Notes: a model not told the origin generated them from the letters alone. Positions 1 through 9,702 are shown, counted from the stretch's first letter. The stretch is 64,000 bases of DNA from Vicinamibacterales bacterium (GCA_040081265.1 JBEBGV010000001.1:28279-92278), one strand, 5' to 3'. Numbers and translations: made by a program.

Positions 1-140
1 GAGAATATTTCACGCTCGCGAGGTTGAATGAGCCGTCTATATCTTGCCAATATGGCAACCTGCGTTTCGGACGGCAACCAACCTCCACCGCTCCCGAGTT
101 GTTCAAACGAAACTGTTGAAGCCGCCGTGCCACTGATCAT

Positions 141-944
141 TCACTTCTCCATTAACTCTTGGACCGTGTTCGGCTTCAGGAGCCGGAAGAACTGCTCCTT
201 CTCACGTGTATGGGCAACTTCCAGCCATGCCTTGGCATCCTCTGCGCTCTTGATTCTGGCTGATGGTTTCGTGAATACGTCGACGTCAATCACAACAGCA
301 GTACCCTCGGGAAGACTCCCGGTTACGAAGTCGGCGGCAGCTATTCGAACCGTACAGTCGGTATCGTCATGAACGTTGGTAGTGAAGTTCACATTGCTGC
401 TTTCAGGAATGCTCTGCCCGGCAACCGAAACCGTCATGTTCAGGTCCAAGATTCCGTCGACTCGATGGACTGCGGGCTTTAGGCCGTTGATGTACCGCAA
501 TCCGAGTCGTCGGATGTTCGCTTTCCCGGCTTTGCTAAATAGCCCATCGATTGTTTCGAAAAGCTGGCCTCGAAATACCTGCCACCCAGGGTAGGGAGCT
601 AACTGGTGATACGAGAGAACGTGTTCACCGATTCTTACCTTGCGATTGCGCTCAAGGTCGGCGAGTTCGAGCCAAGGGCTGTATCTAAGGTTGCGATCCG
701 ACTGTCTGACTACTGCTGGTATTTCAGAGATCGGCAGGCGGCGTTGATGGAAGTTATTCCAAGCAGAATGGTCCGCTAGTCGACCGAGAAGAATCTCGGG
801 GATGGTCTGTGAATCGAAGCGAATTTCGAGCAGGGCCTCGACGATCGCGTCTTGCTTTAACTTCTCGGGCACGGTCTTAATGCCGCTCGCGTGTATCACG
901 CCATCGCTCTCCAACTCAGTCACAGAAACCCATCGAACAGACAA
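141..944 (-). CDS. Conserved hypothetical protein, TIGR04255-like
   Basis: 267-aa ORF with coding-like composition. The motif RRLGLRYING and the overall layout match my memory of the TIGR04255 family. Function unknown. Confidence 0.55.
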   Translation of the reverse strand: MSVRWVSVTELESDGVIHASGIKTVPEKLKQDAIVEALLEIRFDSQTIPEILLGRLADHSAWNNFHQRRLPISEIPAVVRQSDRNLRYSPWLELADLERNRKVRIGEHVLSYHQLAPYPGWQVFRGQLFETIDGLFSKAGKANIRRLGLRYINGLKPAVHRVDGILDLNMTVSVAGQSIPESSNVNFTTNVHDDTDCTVRIAAADFVTGSLPEGTAVVIDVDVFTKPSARIKSAEDAKAWLEVAHTREKEQFFRLLKPNTVQELMEK

Positions 945-1064
945 ACGGTGCCGTGCAGCATTCTGATGTTCTGTCAGAGTTTAGGACGTTGGATCGATCG
1001 TGTCGATCCCCCCTGCCCGGGGATGCCGAGAAGAACGCGAAGCTTCACAACCTCCTTTGGACGC

Positions 1065-1440
1065 TCAGGGTCGCCGAGAAGATCGTTTGGGAAGCAGAAG
1101 AGGCCAGTCCTGGCCATCGAAGGTCGATCGGGAAGAATCCGACATGTTACTGGCGTCCTGTCTGTGCTTCCCCGACTTCTGCCCTTCCCTGATCAGACCT
1201 ACCAATCTGATGTTGATGAACCCCGGACCGGGAGGCCAGAACGACCGCCGATCCAGGGCGAAAGTAGCTGTTAGGCCGGTGGGGATTGTTGGACCTGTCG
1301 CCGCCAACGCTTCACGGTCGATCGAGATACACCCAGCCTGATTGCGGCGATCTCGCGCGTGAGCCCCTCGACGGCTCTGAGGCGTTCAACCGGTACCCGC
1401 ACCCGAGGAAGACCGCGGGTCACCGTCCCGAATTGAACTG
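1065..1440 (-). pseudogene. Degenerate HTH fragment resembling the N-terminus of an IS630/Tc1-type transposase
   Basis: My reverse-strand translation of about 1290-1435 gives ...PVERLRAVEGLTREIAAIRLGVSRSTVKRWRRQVQQSPPA-stop. Protein-like sequence continues in another frame (track ORF 1065..1307: ATGPTIPTGL...). There is no start codon and no catalytic domain. Confidence 0.35.
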
Positions 1441-1681
1441 ATTTGGGGACAGAGACTGTCTAGAGCGAAAGGTATGTCCGGCGAAGACTTCAGCCCTGGG
1501 CGAAACAGGGAGGATTTTGGAACAGCGGCTCGCTCCCGCGCATCCGCCCCCGATCCGAATTGATCGCCAGAAGTTGGCTCACATAGTCCTCGACCGTCAA
1601 GTTAGACAGCACGGCGCCTCAACGCGGCGCGTCGACGAACTGCTGAACGACGGCTGCAAGTCGTTCGACAGCATCACGCGG

Positions 1682-2578
1682 TCAGCTCGCACCTGCCTGA
1701 TCGAGCGACGCCGCGGAGATGATTGCGGTGAACTCGGTCAGAATCTCTGGATGCTGTTGCGTGAGATAGCGTTTGATGTTTCGGTTGGCGAGGAGTTTCG
1801 CAAGGTAGGCAGCCGCGATCACCAACTGGAGCACGTCCTCACCGTACTGGGCCTCTACGAGCTTTAGGTCTCGTTCGACCGTTTCCATCTCGCGTTCCAT
1901 CCGAGCCATCTGCTCCGACGTGAGGCCGGCGACACGCTTTGGCTGGTCCGATTTCACTAGGTCGATCTGTTTGGTGCCGGCCAAGAGGGCCTTGGCATAG
2001 CTCGTCGTGTAGTTCCCAACGCTGCCCATGAGTTCGGCCACCTCGACTTGACGCATCGGCTTCATCTTTCGAAGCACGTCAAATGTTGTGGGATTAACCG
2101 ATTTGTCTTTAAGGATCTCGACCACCTCCGGACAGATGCTCGTCAGCATCAATCGCCGCCGCTTGATGGCCTTTACATCGAGATTCAGCGCTCGCCCGAG
2201 CTTCTCTTCCGAGACGCCGCGCTTGATAGCGCGAACAATCATGTAGTGCTCTTGTATCGTGGCCAGGCGGCTAATACGTTTGTTATAGGTGAACGCCTCA
2301 TCGTCGGTCGCGATGAGGCAACGAACATCGCTCGCTCCAGCATCAACGAGAATCGTGTAACGCAGATGGCCATCCAGGAGAACATATCGATCCCGGCGTT
2401 CACGCGAACGCGTCACGATGAGCGGTTCAATTACACCCACCTCGGCGATCGAGTGCGCGATCACTTTGTACTTGCTGGAGTGCTTCAGTGTGTCGGGGAC
2501 CACGTGGACAGGCAATAGCGCACCGAGTGGAATGGCGACAGCTTCCCGGTCGAACGCGAGCGTGACCTCCCGCTTCAC
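1682..2578 (-). CDS. ParB N-terminal domain / RepB C-terminal-domain-like protein (second of pair)
   Basis: Track ORF 1682..2692. I place the start at GTG 2578, one nt after the upstream stop (TGAgGTG). Motifs: VIEPLIV, LLDGHLRYT (ParB-type DGxxR), HYMIVRAIKRG. Confidence 0.7.
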   Translation of the reverse strand: MKREVTLAFDREAVAIPLGALLPVHVVPDTLKHSSKYKVIAHSIAEVGVIEPLIVTRSRERRDRYVLLDGHLRYTILVDAGASDVRCLIATDDEAFTYNKRISRLATIQEHYMIVRAIKRGVSEEKLGRALNLDVKAIKRRRLMLTSICPEVVEILKDKSVNPTTFDVLRKMKPMRQVEVAELMGSVGNYTTSYAKALLAGTKQIDLVKSDQPKRVAGLTSEQMARMEREMETVERDLKLVEAQYGEDVLQLVIAAAYLAKLLANRNIKRYLTQQHPEILTEFTAIISAASLDQAGAS

Positions 2579-2579
2579 C

Positions 2580-3461
2580 TCAGGCACGTCCGGTGCCCAG
2601 CCGTTCAGCGAGCGGACGCGGCATGCTGACGATCCCCTCCGCTCGAAGCAAGGTGGTGAAGTGCTCGTCAGCCAGGAGCCGGCGTAAACCATTCACCAGA
2701 AACAGTAGCCGGCGTTGGCTCACGGCTGCCTTTCTTACCAGCAACTTCTGGCGCTCTGTCTCCTTCCGGTACGCGCGAACTAGCGCGTCCGCACTGACCG
2801 GCCTCTTGAGGTTACGGCCAGACACACCCCGTTGCCGAGTCGTCTTACCGGTCAAATTGCGCTGTTCAATGATTCGGCGAATTGCGAGCACCTGATTACC
2901 AGGGAGCGTGCGCTTCTCGTAGGCTTCTGCGAGTGCCTGTTGCACGTCTTCGTCCTTCGCTCGCGCGATTTCCATGGCGATGCTCGGCGGAATGACACCG
3001 CGATCGACGCCGGCAAGGAGTCGTTCCTCCCCGTGATCCAGCAGATAACTGATGGCGGAGACATATTCATCGCTGACCCCGATCTTGCCGGCGATGACGG
3101 TGGTCGAATAGCCACGGTCCCGCAGTTCTCCGATGTTTCTCATCAGCTCGGTGGGTGTGTGGTGCCTGCGCGCCAGATTTTCCACCAGGCTCATGATGAA
3201 ACAGTCTTCGGGAGTCGCCGTGATCACGAGCGCCGGAATGTGCGTCTGCTGGAGGGCCATGAACGCTTCAAGCCGACCCTGTCCGCACACGAGGTCAAAG
3301 CCGGACCCGTCTGCACGCGCGGCCACCGTAATCGGTTTCTTGAGGCCAAGCCGTTCGACACTCTCGACGAGCTCGTTCAAGCTCTTCCTATTTCGTACGC
3401 GTGGATTTAGCACAGAAATAGCATCCACTGCGATCATTTGGACGGCGGTTGGTGCGGTCAT
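2580..3461 (-). CDS. ParB N-terminal domain / RepB C-terminal-domain-like protein (first of pair)
   Basis: 293-aa ORF with LGLKKPITV, VCGQGRLEA and SLVENLARRHHTP (ParB-like boxes). Its ATG overlaps the recombinase stop (ATGA at 3458-3461). Confidence 0.75.
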   Translation of the reverse strand: MTAPTAVQMIAVDAISVLNPRVRNRKSLNELVESVERLGLKKPITVAARADGSGFDLVCGQGRLEAFMALQQTHIPALVITATPEDCFIMSLVENLARRHHTPTELMRNIGELRDRGYSTTVIAGKIGVSDEYVSAISYLLDHGEERLLAGVDRGVIPPSIAMEIARAKDEDVQQALAEAYEKRTLPGNQVLAIRRIIEQRNLTGKTTRQRGVSGRNLKRPVSADALVRAYRKETERQKLLVRKAAVSQRRLLFLVNGLRRLLADEHFTTLLRAEGIVSMPRPLAERLGTGRA

Positions 3462-5026
3462 GCCGCCCCGCGGACTGGCGAACGGGCCGCCAAATGAAAC
3501 AGATAGTCGAGGGATTCGAAGCGGTACGAGTCAAGACTGACGCCGTTATCCTCTCCGACCCGAAGACATGGGGTGTGGGTATCGAGACGTGGCAATAGGT
3601 AGTAGTCCAGGGCGTCCCGATTCGCAGGGTCCATCCGCACAACGACGGTCACGTCGGGTTGTAGGCCAGCATCCAGTCGAATCTTCCACCGCAGCGCACC
3701 AGTCGCCGTTTGCATCGATCTACTCAGCACGATGGAGATCGTGAATTCGTCGTTCACATGCACGAGGTCAGTCTCTGGATCCACGTGTACGGTGCCACCG
3801 AGCGTCCGGATCTCGGCTAGGGTCGCCTGAACCAGCTCGGGGTGAAGCGCACGCAACCGACGGTTGATGTCGATGTAGTGATAATCGCGACGTGGCGTGT
3901 AGCCGATGAGTCGATACGCCTCCAACAGGCTCCCAAACCGCGACCGATAGGCAGAGGTCGAAGGCATGTCGTCGCGCTCGTCGATGACGAGACCGGAGAG
4001 CCAGCCGCGCTCGGAGAGGAGTGTCTTGAGACCTGCCAGCATCTCTGGATCGCTCCATCGACGATGACGCTCCTCGACAATCCGCCGCACTGCCAAGAAC
4101 AGAGTCATATCGACGACAGGCGCGAAGGCCCCTTCGGCGCGAACCCACATCTCGGGAGGGTTAATGACCCGCTTCTGCTTGAGTTTGAAGGACACATGGT
4201 TATAGACGTTGTTGCCGGCATACTTCTCGTTGGTGAGCACTTGGTGCACGGTTCCACGCGTCCAGGGGCGGCCCAGGTCGGTATGAACCCCCTCCGAATT
4301 AAGAGCGTCGGCGATTTGCCGTTCCGTCATACCGTCTGTCAGAAACATGCGATACATGCGACGGACAAGAGCGACTTCTTCGGGCGGGCCTGGAACCAAG
4401 ACCACGCGGTCGGTTTGCAGGCTCTTATGCATCCCGCGCGCGAGTTCGGCCTTTGGTGCCCGATGCTCATCGAGGAGCTGACGGCGTAAACCAAAGCCAG
4501 CAATGCCGCCCTGCCGGAACCCCAGGCTAATCAGACGGCATTGGCCGGCGAAGACCTTAGCCGAGAGCTCGCGGCTGTACTCGCCAGCCATAGCCCGCTT
4601 CATGCCCTTGATGATGGTGGCGCTCAGGCTCCCATCGTTCTCGAACTGTTCAGCGCAATAGTGGACATTGATTCCAGCGCCTTTGCAGATGTACTCGTAG
4701 TACGCACTCTCATCAGCATCCTGAAAGCGACCCCATCTGCTGACGTCATAGACGAGTACGGCGTTGAAGTCAGTTGCTCCGCTCCGCACATCATCGATGA
4801 GCCGTTTGAGCGCGTCTCGGCCGTCTAGCCGCAATCCGCTCTTGCCGTGATCGGCATAGGTTCGCACGATGGCGAACCCACGCTGCGCGGCATAGCGGGC
4901 GATGGCATCGGCCTGGTTCTCGGTCGAGTATCGCTGGTGCTCCGTGGACATTCGGACATACTGGGCGGCTCGGATACGTGTACCCGGCGACAGTTCATTC
5001 CCCGACTCTCGTTGTTCTATGGTCAC
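3458..5026 (-). CDS. Large serine recombinase (resolvase/invertase N-domain + recombinase domain)
   Basis: 522 aa. The N-terminus AAQYVRMSTEHQRYSTENQ is the typical serine-recombinase catalytic-Ser context. DVSRWGR, a recombinase-domain-like middle and a long C-terminal extension follow. Confidence 0.9.
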   Translation of the reverse strand: MTIEQRESGNELSPGTRIRAAQYVRMSTEHQRYSTENQADAIARYAAQRGFAIVRTYADHGKSGLRLDGRDALKRLIDDVRSGATDFNAVLVYDVSRWGRFQDADESAYYEYICKGAGINVHYCAEQFENDGSLSATIIKGMKRAMAGEYSRELSAKVFAGQCRLISLGFRQGGIAGFGLRRQLLDEHRAPKAELARGMHKSLQTDRVVLVPGPPEEVALVRRMYRMFLTDGMTERQIADALNSEGVHTDLGRPWTRGTVHQVLTNEKYAGNNVYNHVSFKLKQKRVINPPEMWVRAEGAFAPVVDMTLFLAVRRIVEERHRRWSDPEMLAGLKTLLSERGWLSGLVIDERDDMPSTSAYRSRFGSLLEAYRLIGYTPRRDYHYIDINRRLRALHPELVQATLAEIRTLGGTVHVDPETDLVHVNDEFTISIVLSRSMQTATGALRWKIRLDAGLQPDVTVVVRMDPANRDALDYYLLPRLDTHTPCLRVGEDNGVSLDSYRFESLDYLFHLAARSPVRGAA

Positions 5027-5104
5027 GGCTACGCCTACTGGAAGCAGGGCTCACGACCCATTCAGTGAGCCTCAGAAGCGTCAGGCTATGCGACGGAGGC
5101 GCAG

Positions 5105-5461
5105 ATGTCGTTGACAAAAGTAGACCGAAAAGATCAGTCCGGAAATGGAACAAACATTCCGGTGCGTTTCGCGGCGGAAGTGGCGTCTGCGCTGCGTCGC
5201 GAGTACGGTGACTCGCGAGCGGCCCTGAAGACGATCGTGGCCCTGACCGGTACCAACGAGCGCGCCGTGAAGAATTGGTTCAACGCCAAGAACGGTCCGA
5301 GTGGCACGTCGCTCATCGTGCTCTGTCGTCAGTCTGACGAGGTCTTCGAGACGATACTGCGCCTGGCTGGTCGGAGTGCACACCTAAAGATGAAGAAACT
5401 GGTAGCAGCCAAGGAAGTGCTGGTGAAGATGCTCGTACTCCTCAGCGAGCTGGAGGATTGA
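5105..5461 (+). CDS. Small hypothetical protein, possible HTH regulator or recombination directionality factor
   Basis: 118-aa ORF divergent from the recombinase. The segment TIVALTGTNERAVKNWFNAKNGPS looks like a helix-turn-helix. Confidence 0.5.
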   Translation: MSLTKVDRKDQSGNGTNIPVRFAAEVASALRREYGDSRAALKTIVALTGTNERAVKNWFNAKNGPSGTSLIVLCRQSDEVFETILRLAGRSAHLKMKKLVAAKEVLVKMLVLLSELED

Positions 5462-5552
5462 GAGTCCCGAATGGAGCCGGCCCAAGCACGGAGGTTGCCT
5501 AGGCCGGAGGTGTGGCAGCGACGGTCTTCAGTTTGAGAGCAGGAGCAGTAGG

Positions 5553-5870
5553 TCAAGGCGAACAAGTTCGCGACAGGTACTCGACCACAATTCGCAGGTG
5601 GCCATCTCGGATTGGCTTCCTTCCGCGATCGTTCAGATGACAACTGAGAATCTGCGACGCTGCAAGATTCTCGAAGCGAACAACGAGCGCCCTTAACACT
5701 TCCTTCGCCGCGTCGAAGCTGATTCGGTGTGCGGGCACGTGTTCATGAAACAGCGGCTCGAAGACACCTTGATTGTATCGACGCAGCTTGAAGCACTTCT
5801 GCTTCGGCACGAGGTCTTCGCACAACTGGAAACCGGAAGACAGTGGTTTGTGGGGTTCAGCCGAAGTCAC
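5553..5870 (-). CDS. Hypothetical protein
   Basis: 105-aa ORF starting 1 nt after the stop of the upstream gene (5872), so co-transcription is likely. No recognisable motif. Confidence 0.45.
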   Translation of the reverse strand: MTSAEPHKPLSSGFQLCEDLVPKQKCFKLRRYNQGVFEPLFHEHVPAHRISFDAAKEVLRALVVRFENLAASQILSCHLNDRGRKPIRDGHLRIVVEYLSRTCSP

Positions 5871-5871
5871 C

Positions 5872-6564
5872 TTACGCCTCGACAGTGATCTTGATGCTCG
5901 ACGGATCGACGCCGAGATGAAGGGCTAATCGTCGCTTCGCCTCGGGAATCGTTATGCCTTCGTTGTCGGCCGCGCTTGGTGTTCTCGTTGATGGCGGTGT
6001 GTTATCGCGCCCATCGCCACTCGCCACATATGGCTCCAGTTCGACCTCGGGTTGAAGACCGGCCGTGTCGATCTCCAATGGAACGCGGACAAGCGGACGA
6101 CGGCCACGGGCGATACCCGCACCAACATGGGTCACTGGATCGGTAGACTCCTCCCGAAACAGCGAGACCCATACGCCTCGACCCACCGGGATCGAATAGC
6201 CCGCGTCAATCCGAGCCTTATATGCCCGGTCGAATCGACGCCGAACGTCGTCGCCATCCAGACGGAAAACGGTGGCAAATGCATGGTCGTCTGGATCCAG
6301 AGAAGCCGCTACCACCTCGTCCACTTCCGACAACGTCACCCAATCGGTGTCTTCCTGGTTTCGAGGAAAGGCAATCCAAGCGTCCTGAGACGTTCGGATT
6401 GAGACTGTCTTGCTCTCTTTATTCTTCGTGATTCGACGAACGCTGGAACTTCCTCCGGGAACGCGGCCCACCGTCCAGCCTTCATCCTGCAGAGCCTTAA
6501 TAGCGATGTCACGAAGCCACCGCCGCAACCGCGTCTTCTTCACTGTTTTAGATACATTAGTCAT
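5872..6564 (-). CDS. Hypothetical protein
   Basis: 230-aa ORF with good coding character and an AT-rich promoter/operator region immediately upstream. I recognise no family. Confidence 0.6.
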   Translation of the reverse strand: MTNVSKTVKKTRLRRWLRDIAIKALQDEGWTVGRVPGGSSSVRRITKNKESKTVSIRTSQDAWIAFPRNQEDTDWVTLSEVDEVVAASLDPDDHAFATVFRLDGDDVRRRFDRAYKARIDAGYSIPVGRGVWVSLFREESTDPVTHVGAGIARGRRPLVRVPLEIDTAGLQPEVELEPYVASGDGRDNTPPSTRTPSAADNEGITIPEAKRRLALHLGVDPSSIKITVEA

Positions 6565-6638
6565 TTGTCACGCTCCCTTGCACGTATACTGAGACACTTG
6601 GATTCATTTGTCAAGAATAACAAACATAACAAATGAAT
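6561..6638. promoter_or_regulatory. Putative operator/promoter of the 5872..6564 operon
   Basis: TCATTTGTCA occurs twice as a direct repeat (6561-6570, overlapping the start codon, and 6604-6613). A perfect 10-bp inverted partner ACAAATGAAT lies at 6629-6638, so the arms ATTCATTTGT/ACAAATGAAT are separated by 17 nt. On the coding (minus) strand a perfect TTGACA lies at 6609-6614, with a weak -10 (CAGTAT/AGTATA) about 17-18 nt downstream. Confidence 0.45.
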
Positions 6639-6729
6639 GGAAGCCATGTATTTGGTGAAACGGCTGGGAGTTATGGGCAGCAAGAGCGAGAGACTCAACC
6701 TCCCGTCATCTTTTAAGGCTCTGAAGGAG

Positions 6730-7086
6730 CTAATTGCCCGTGTAGCTGGCGCTCCTGTTGGGCTTGGAGGGTGTTGGCGGACGACGGCGCGAGGATCGCT
6801 TGGCCTTCTTTTCGGCCAGCTTCCGGAGCCGTTCCTGTTCGGCCTGATGTAGTTCGTCGCGGTCCGCTGCCTGCATCAAGCTCACGCTCTTGATGGCGCG
6901 ACGAACCACGCTCAGCGAGAGGTCGAGATAGGCGACCGCATCGAGGGCATCACCCCATCCGCCCTCTTTGAATACCTGCGTTGGGCGAGTGATTGCTGGC
7001 GAGGTCGTCGTGGCTGGTTGGATCGTTGCGATAGCCGGTGATGGCCTACGCATGACGACGGCCACGGACATTGAAGTGACTGGCAT
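6730..7086 (-). CDS. Hypothetical protein (weak call)
   Basis: Internal Met of track ORF 6730..7251. The C-terminal half (GGWGDALDAVAYLDLSLSVVRRAIKSV...ELHQAEQERLRKLAEKKAK) looks protein-like. The start is uncertain. Confidence 0.3.
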   Translation of the reverse strand: MPVTSMSVAVVMRRPSPAIATIQPATTTSPAITRPTQVFKEGGWGDALDAVAYLDLSLSVVRRAIKSVSLMQAADRDELHQAEQERLRKLAEKKAKRSSRRRPPTPSKPNRSASYTGN

Positions 7087-7171
7087 GACGCCACGAGGTC
7101 GTGAGTCGGATGCCCAAGGGGACCGCCAGCGCTCGCGCTTCCCTTGACGCAGGAGGTATCTTGGTGCCACC

Positions 7172-7570
7172 GTGCCGCTCCCACCGCGCCAGCAGGCTCC
7201 TTCAACGCCCTTCGAGGCCAGTCGCAAGCCGTTTGTTGTCGCAGCTGCCATGATGTTCTTGGCTGCCCTGGCAGACGCTCAGACGTTTCCCTACGTTTAC
7301 TATCAAGTCCTTCGTGTGGTCGTTTGCGGTACGGCAATCTACGGTGCAATGAAGTATTACGTGCTCGCAAGACACGGCGGTTCCGTGATGATGATCTTGC
7401 TTGCATTGCTCTTCAACCCGGTAGCGCCGGTAACACTCCCGAGAAATCTCTGGCGGTTGCTGGATTTCTGGTTGGGTATCTTCCTTCTAGTTGCAGGTAA
7501 CTATCTTGTGACGGACAGCGAGGCCCATGCGTTCAGGGAGGAGCAACGTCGTCGCAACCCTGACTACTGA
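7172..7570 (+). CDS. Small membrane protein, DUF6804-like
   Basis: Three or four hydrophobic helices and the motif LALLFNPVAPVTLPRNLWRLLD. The true start may be the MM at 7250. Confidence 0.55.
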   Translation: MPLPPRQQAPSTPFEASRKPFVVAAAMMFLAALADAQTFPYVYYQVLRVVVCGTAIYGAMKYYVLARHGGSVMMILLALLFNPVAPVTLPRNLWRLLDFWLGIFLLVAGNYLVTDSEAHAFREEQRRRNPDY

Positions 7571-7849
7571 GTCTGTCGTCGTGCAAGGCGTCACTCCACC
7601 CTACCCCTCTTGCACCCGGTGGGGGTGGGTGCCCCCCAAGAGAAAGGCCGCCTAATTTTCGCCGCCGAAGAAAACAGACTCATGAAACTTCAGAGCCCCT
7701 CCCACTGCGTGTTGTTAGTTTGCTCCAGCAGTGGACGACCCAGGCCAGGCAGCTGAAGCGGCTATCCAGATCAAGCGCAATCTGCTTAGAAACGGCACTC
7801 GCAGCTTAGCTCCACCTTGCCGCCCAGCTATTCACAGGCGAGCACCTCT

Positions 7850-9640
7850 TCAAGGCGCCGTGGCTGGGCTCTGCCGCTTCATCCACCCCTTGCGGTCGCC
7901 GCCGGTGGGACTTCGAATGATGACCTCGACGTAGTTAGTTCCGCCGATTGTGCTGCTGCCGCCTGTGTAGACGACTTGTAGCCCCCCCTGCAGCGCCCGC
8001 CCGACGACGACGATTTCGTAGGTGTCGCCTGGACTTCGATAGAGCTCTATGGCTCTGGTGGCTGAAGCAGGTTCGAGAGGACTGTCGGCAGGAATCCAAC
8101 CAGTGCGCTCTGTCCCTATTGATGTCCGCAGCAGTGCCGCCACGTACTCTTTGCCCCCGGTACGCTGACGTCGATTTGTGAAGAACACCAGCACTCCTTG
8201 CTGCGAGAACTCTTCACGGGTAATGAACTGGTAGGAACTTTCGTCTGGACTCCGATAGAACTCAAGACCACTAGCGGACAATCGCAGTGTGAAAGCAGCT
8301 CTCGTGTCACTGCTAGTGAAGGTTGACGATGACGGCGTGATCGAATCAGGCGTCCGCACGCCTGCATCACTGCTAGCGGGAAAATCGCTCACATTCGAAG
8401 CGCTTCCCGGTGTTGCGTCTGGCTCGCTTACGCTACGCTCGGCCGCCTGAGTAGCTTGCTGGGCCCGTTGTACCGTTGGGATGTCTGCTAGAAGCTCGCC
8501 TGAATAAGACTTAGAAAACGGTGGTGTGAAACTTGGTGGACTCTGAGAGACCGAACCCGGCACGATCTCCGTCGATGAGGCAGGCACGATGATACGTGAC
8601 TGTCGTTCTTGAAACATGACAACCAGAGCGACGACAACAACAACACCCGCCAGAGCCCCAAAGACTGGGCCCGGCAGCATTATCGAAGGCCGCGGCTTTG
8701 ATGTTCTCGGCGGCTCCGCGTCTGGTTCGATGGGCTTCTTGGGGCTGACGCGATGGGGAGGCGGAGTCTGAGGCGGAGTTGGCACCGCCTCCCCCGTGGG
8801 GGTCGCAGGTGAAGGTGCGGTGGCTTCTTTTTCTTGCCCCCGACGTGCGTCATAGGCTGAGCGCTCGCTCGCGCCACCGAGAACGCTGTATGCAACATTG
8901 ACTTGCTTGGTTCTCTCCTCCGCGAACCTTCTGTCATCTCCCTTCCACTTGTCCGGGTGGAACAGCAGTAGCAGGCGCTTTCGTGCGTCCTTGATTTCCT
9001 CAACCGATGCGAACGGCGCAACGTCTAGCACCGCGTAATGATCTTGCTCGGCCGGGGTGATTGTCGCTTCTGCGAGGAGTTGAAGCATCAACCGCCACCC
9101 GTACTGGGGTGCAGCATTCATGCTATCAAGTGACTGATATGTACCTTCCTCTCGGTAGAACCTATTCATGCTGCCGAGATATAGACCAAGCTTCTGCACG
9201 TCGCCGTCGCTCAGCGTACCCAGCAACTCCTGCAATAGGACCAGCATCGACATGGACACGAAGTAGACGCTGCTGTTTCCATCGTAGTAGGTCAGGATGA
9301 CTCGCCCACCTCCGCGCTCAATGACGTCTCCACGGCATGTCGCCGTCACTGCGTTGAAAGACCCTTTGCTGAGCACGACACGCCCACCGAGGACATCCGG
9401 ACGACGCTGGGGTTCTGAGACGCAAATCATCACTGCATCTTGCACTGTCGCTATTAGTGCCTCTGTGCGGGCTGAGTCCTTGTGGATGGAATGAAGTGTT
9501 TTTGCGTAGTAGAGTCCCACGTCGAACAGGAGGTTGTTGGAAACCGTCTCAAGGTCGGAGGCGGGCGAACGGTATTCAGCGAACGCCTGCATGGGGCCCC
9601 AGAATCGGATCGTGATTACCCCTACCGTCGGTCTGCTCAT
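7850..9640 (-). CDS. J-domain (DnaJ-like) membrane protein with an unknown N-domain and two C-terminal SH3-like repeats
   Basis: 596 aa. The J-domain reads HYAVLDV...LLLFHPDKWKG...AYSVL...AYD (HPD motif). It is followed by a Pro-rich linker, one TM helix (VFGALAGVVVVVALVVMF) and an S/T/P-rich region. Two related modules of about 60 aa then follow (EFYRSPDESSYQF...TGWIPADS and ELYRSPGDTYEIV...KGWMKRQS). Confidence 0.8.
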   Translation of the reverse strand: MSRPTVGVITIRFWGPMQAFAEYRSPASDLETVSNNLLFDVGLYYAKTLHSIHKDSARTEALIATVQDAVMICVSEPQRRPDVLGGRVVLSKGSFNAVTATCRGDVIERGGGRVILTYYDGNSSVYFVSMSMLVLLQELLGTLSDGDVQKLGLYLGSMNRFYREEGTYQSLDSMNAAPQYGWRLMLQLLAEATITPAEQDHYAVLDVAPFASVEEIKDARKRLLLLFHPDKWKGDDRRFAEERTKQVNVAYSVLGGASERSAYDARRGQEKEATAPSPATPTGEAVPTPPQTPPPHRVSPKKPIEPDAEPPRTSKPRPSIMLPGPVFGALAGVVVVVALVVMFQERQSRIIVPASSTEIVPGSVSQSPPSFTPPFSKSYSGELLADIPTVQRAQQATQAAERSVSEPDATPGSASNVSDFPASSDAGVRTPDSITPSSSTFTSSDTRAAFTLRLSASGLEFYRSPDESSYQFITREEFSQQGVLVFFTNRRQRTGGKEYVAALLRTSIGTERTGWIPADSPLEPASATRAIELYRSPGDTYEIVVVGRALQGGLQVVYTGGSSTIGGTNYVEVIIRSPTGGDRKGWMKRQSPATAP

Positions 9641-9702
9641 TTGGGCCTCAGTGCTCGGGTTTCGCCTGTGGTTTCACGCGACGGGACGCTGCCAACGAAC
9701 TA

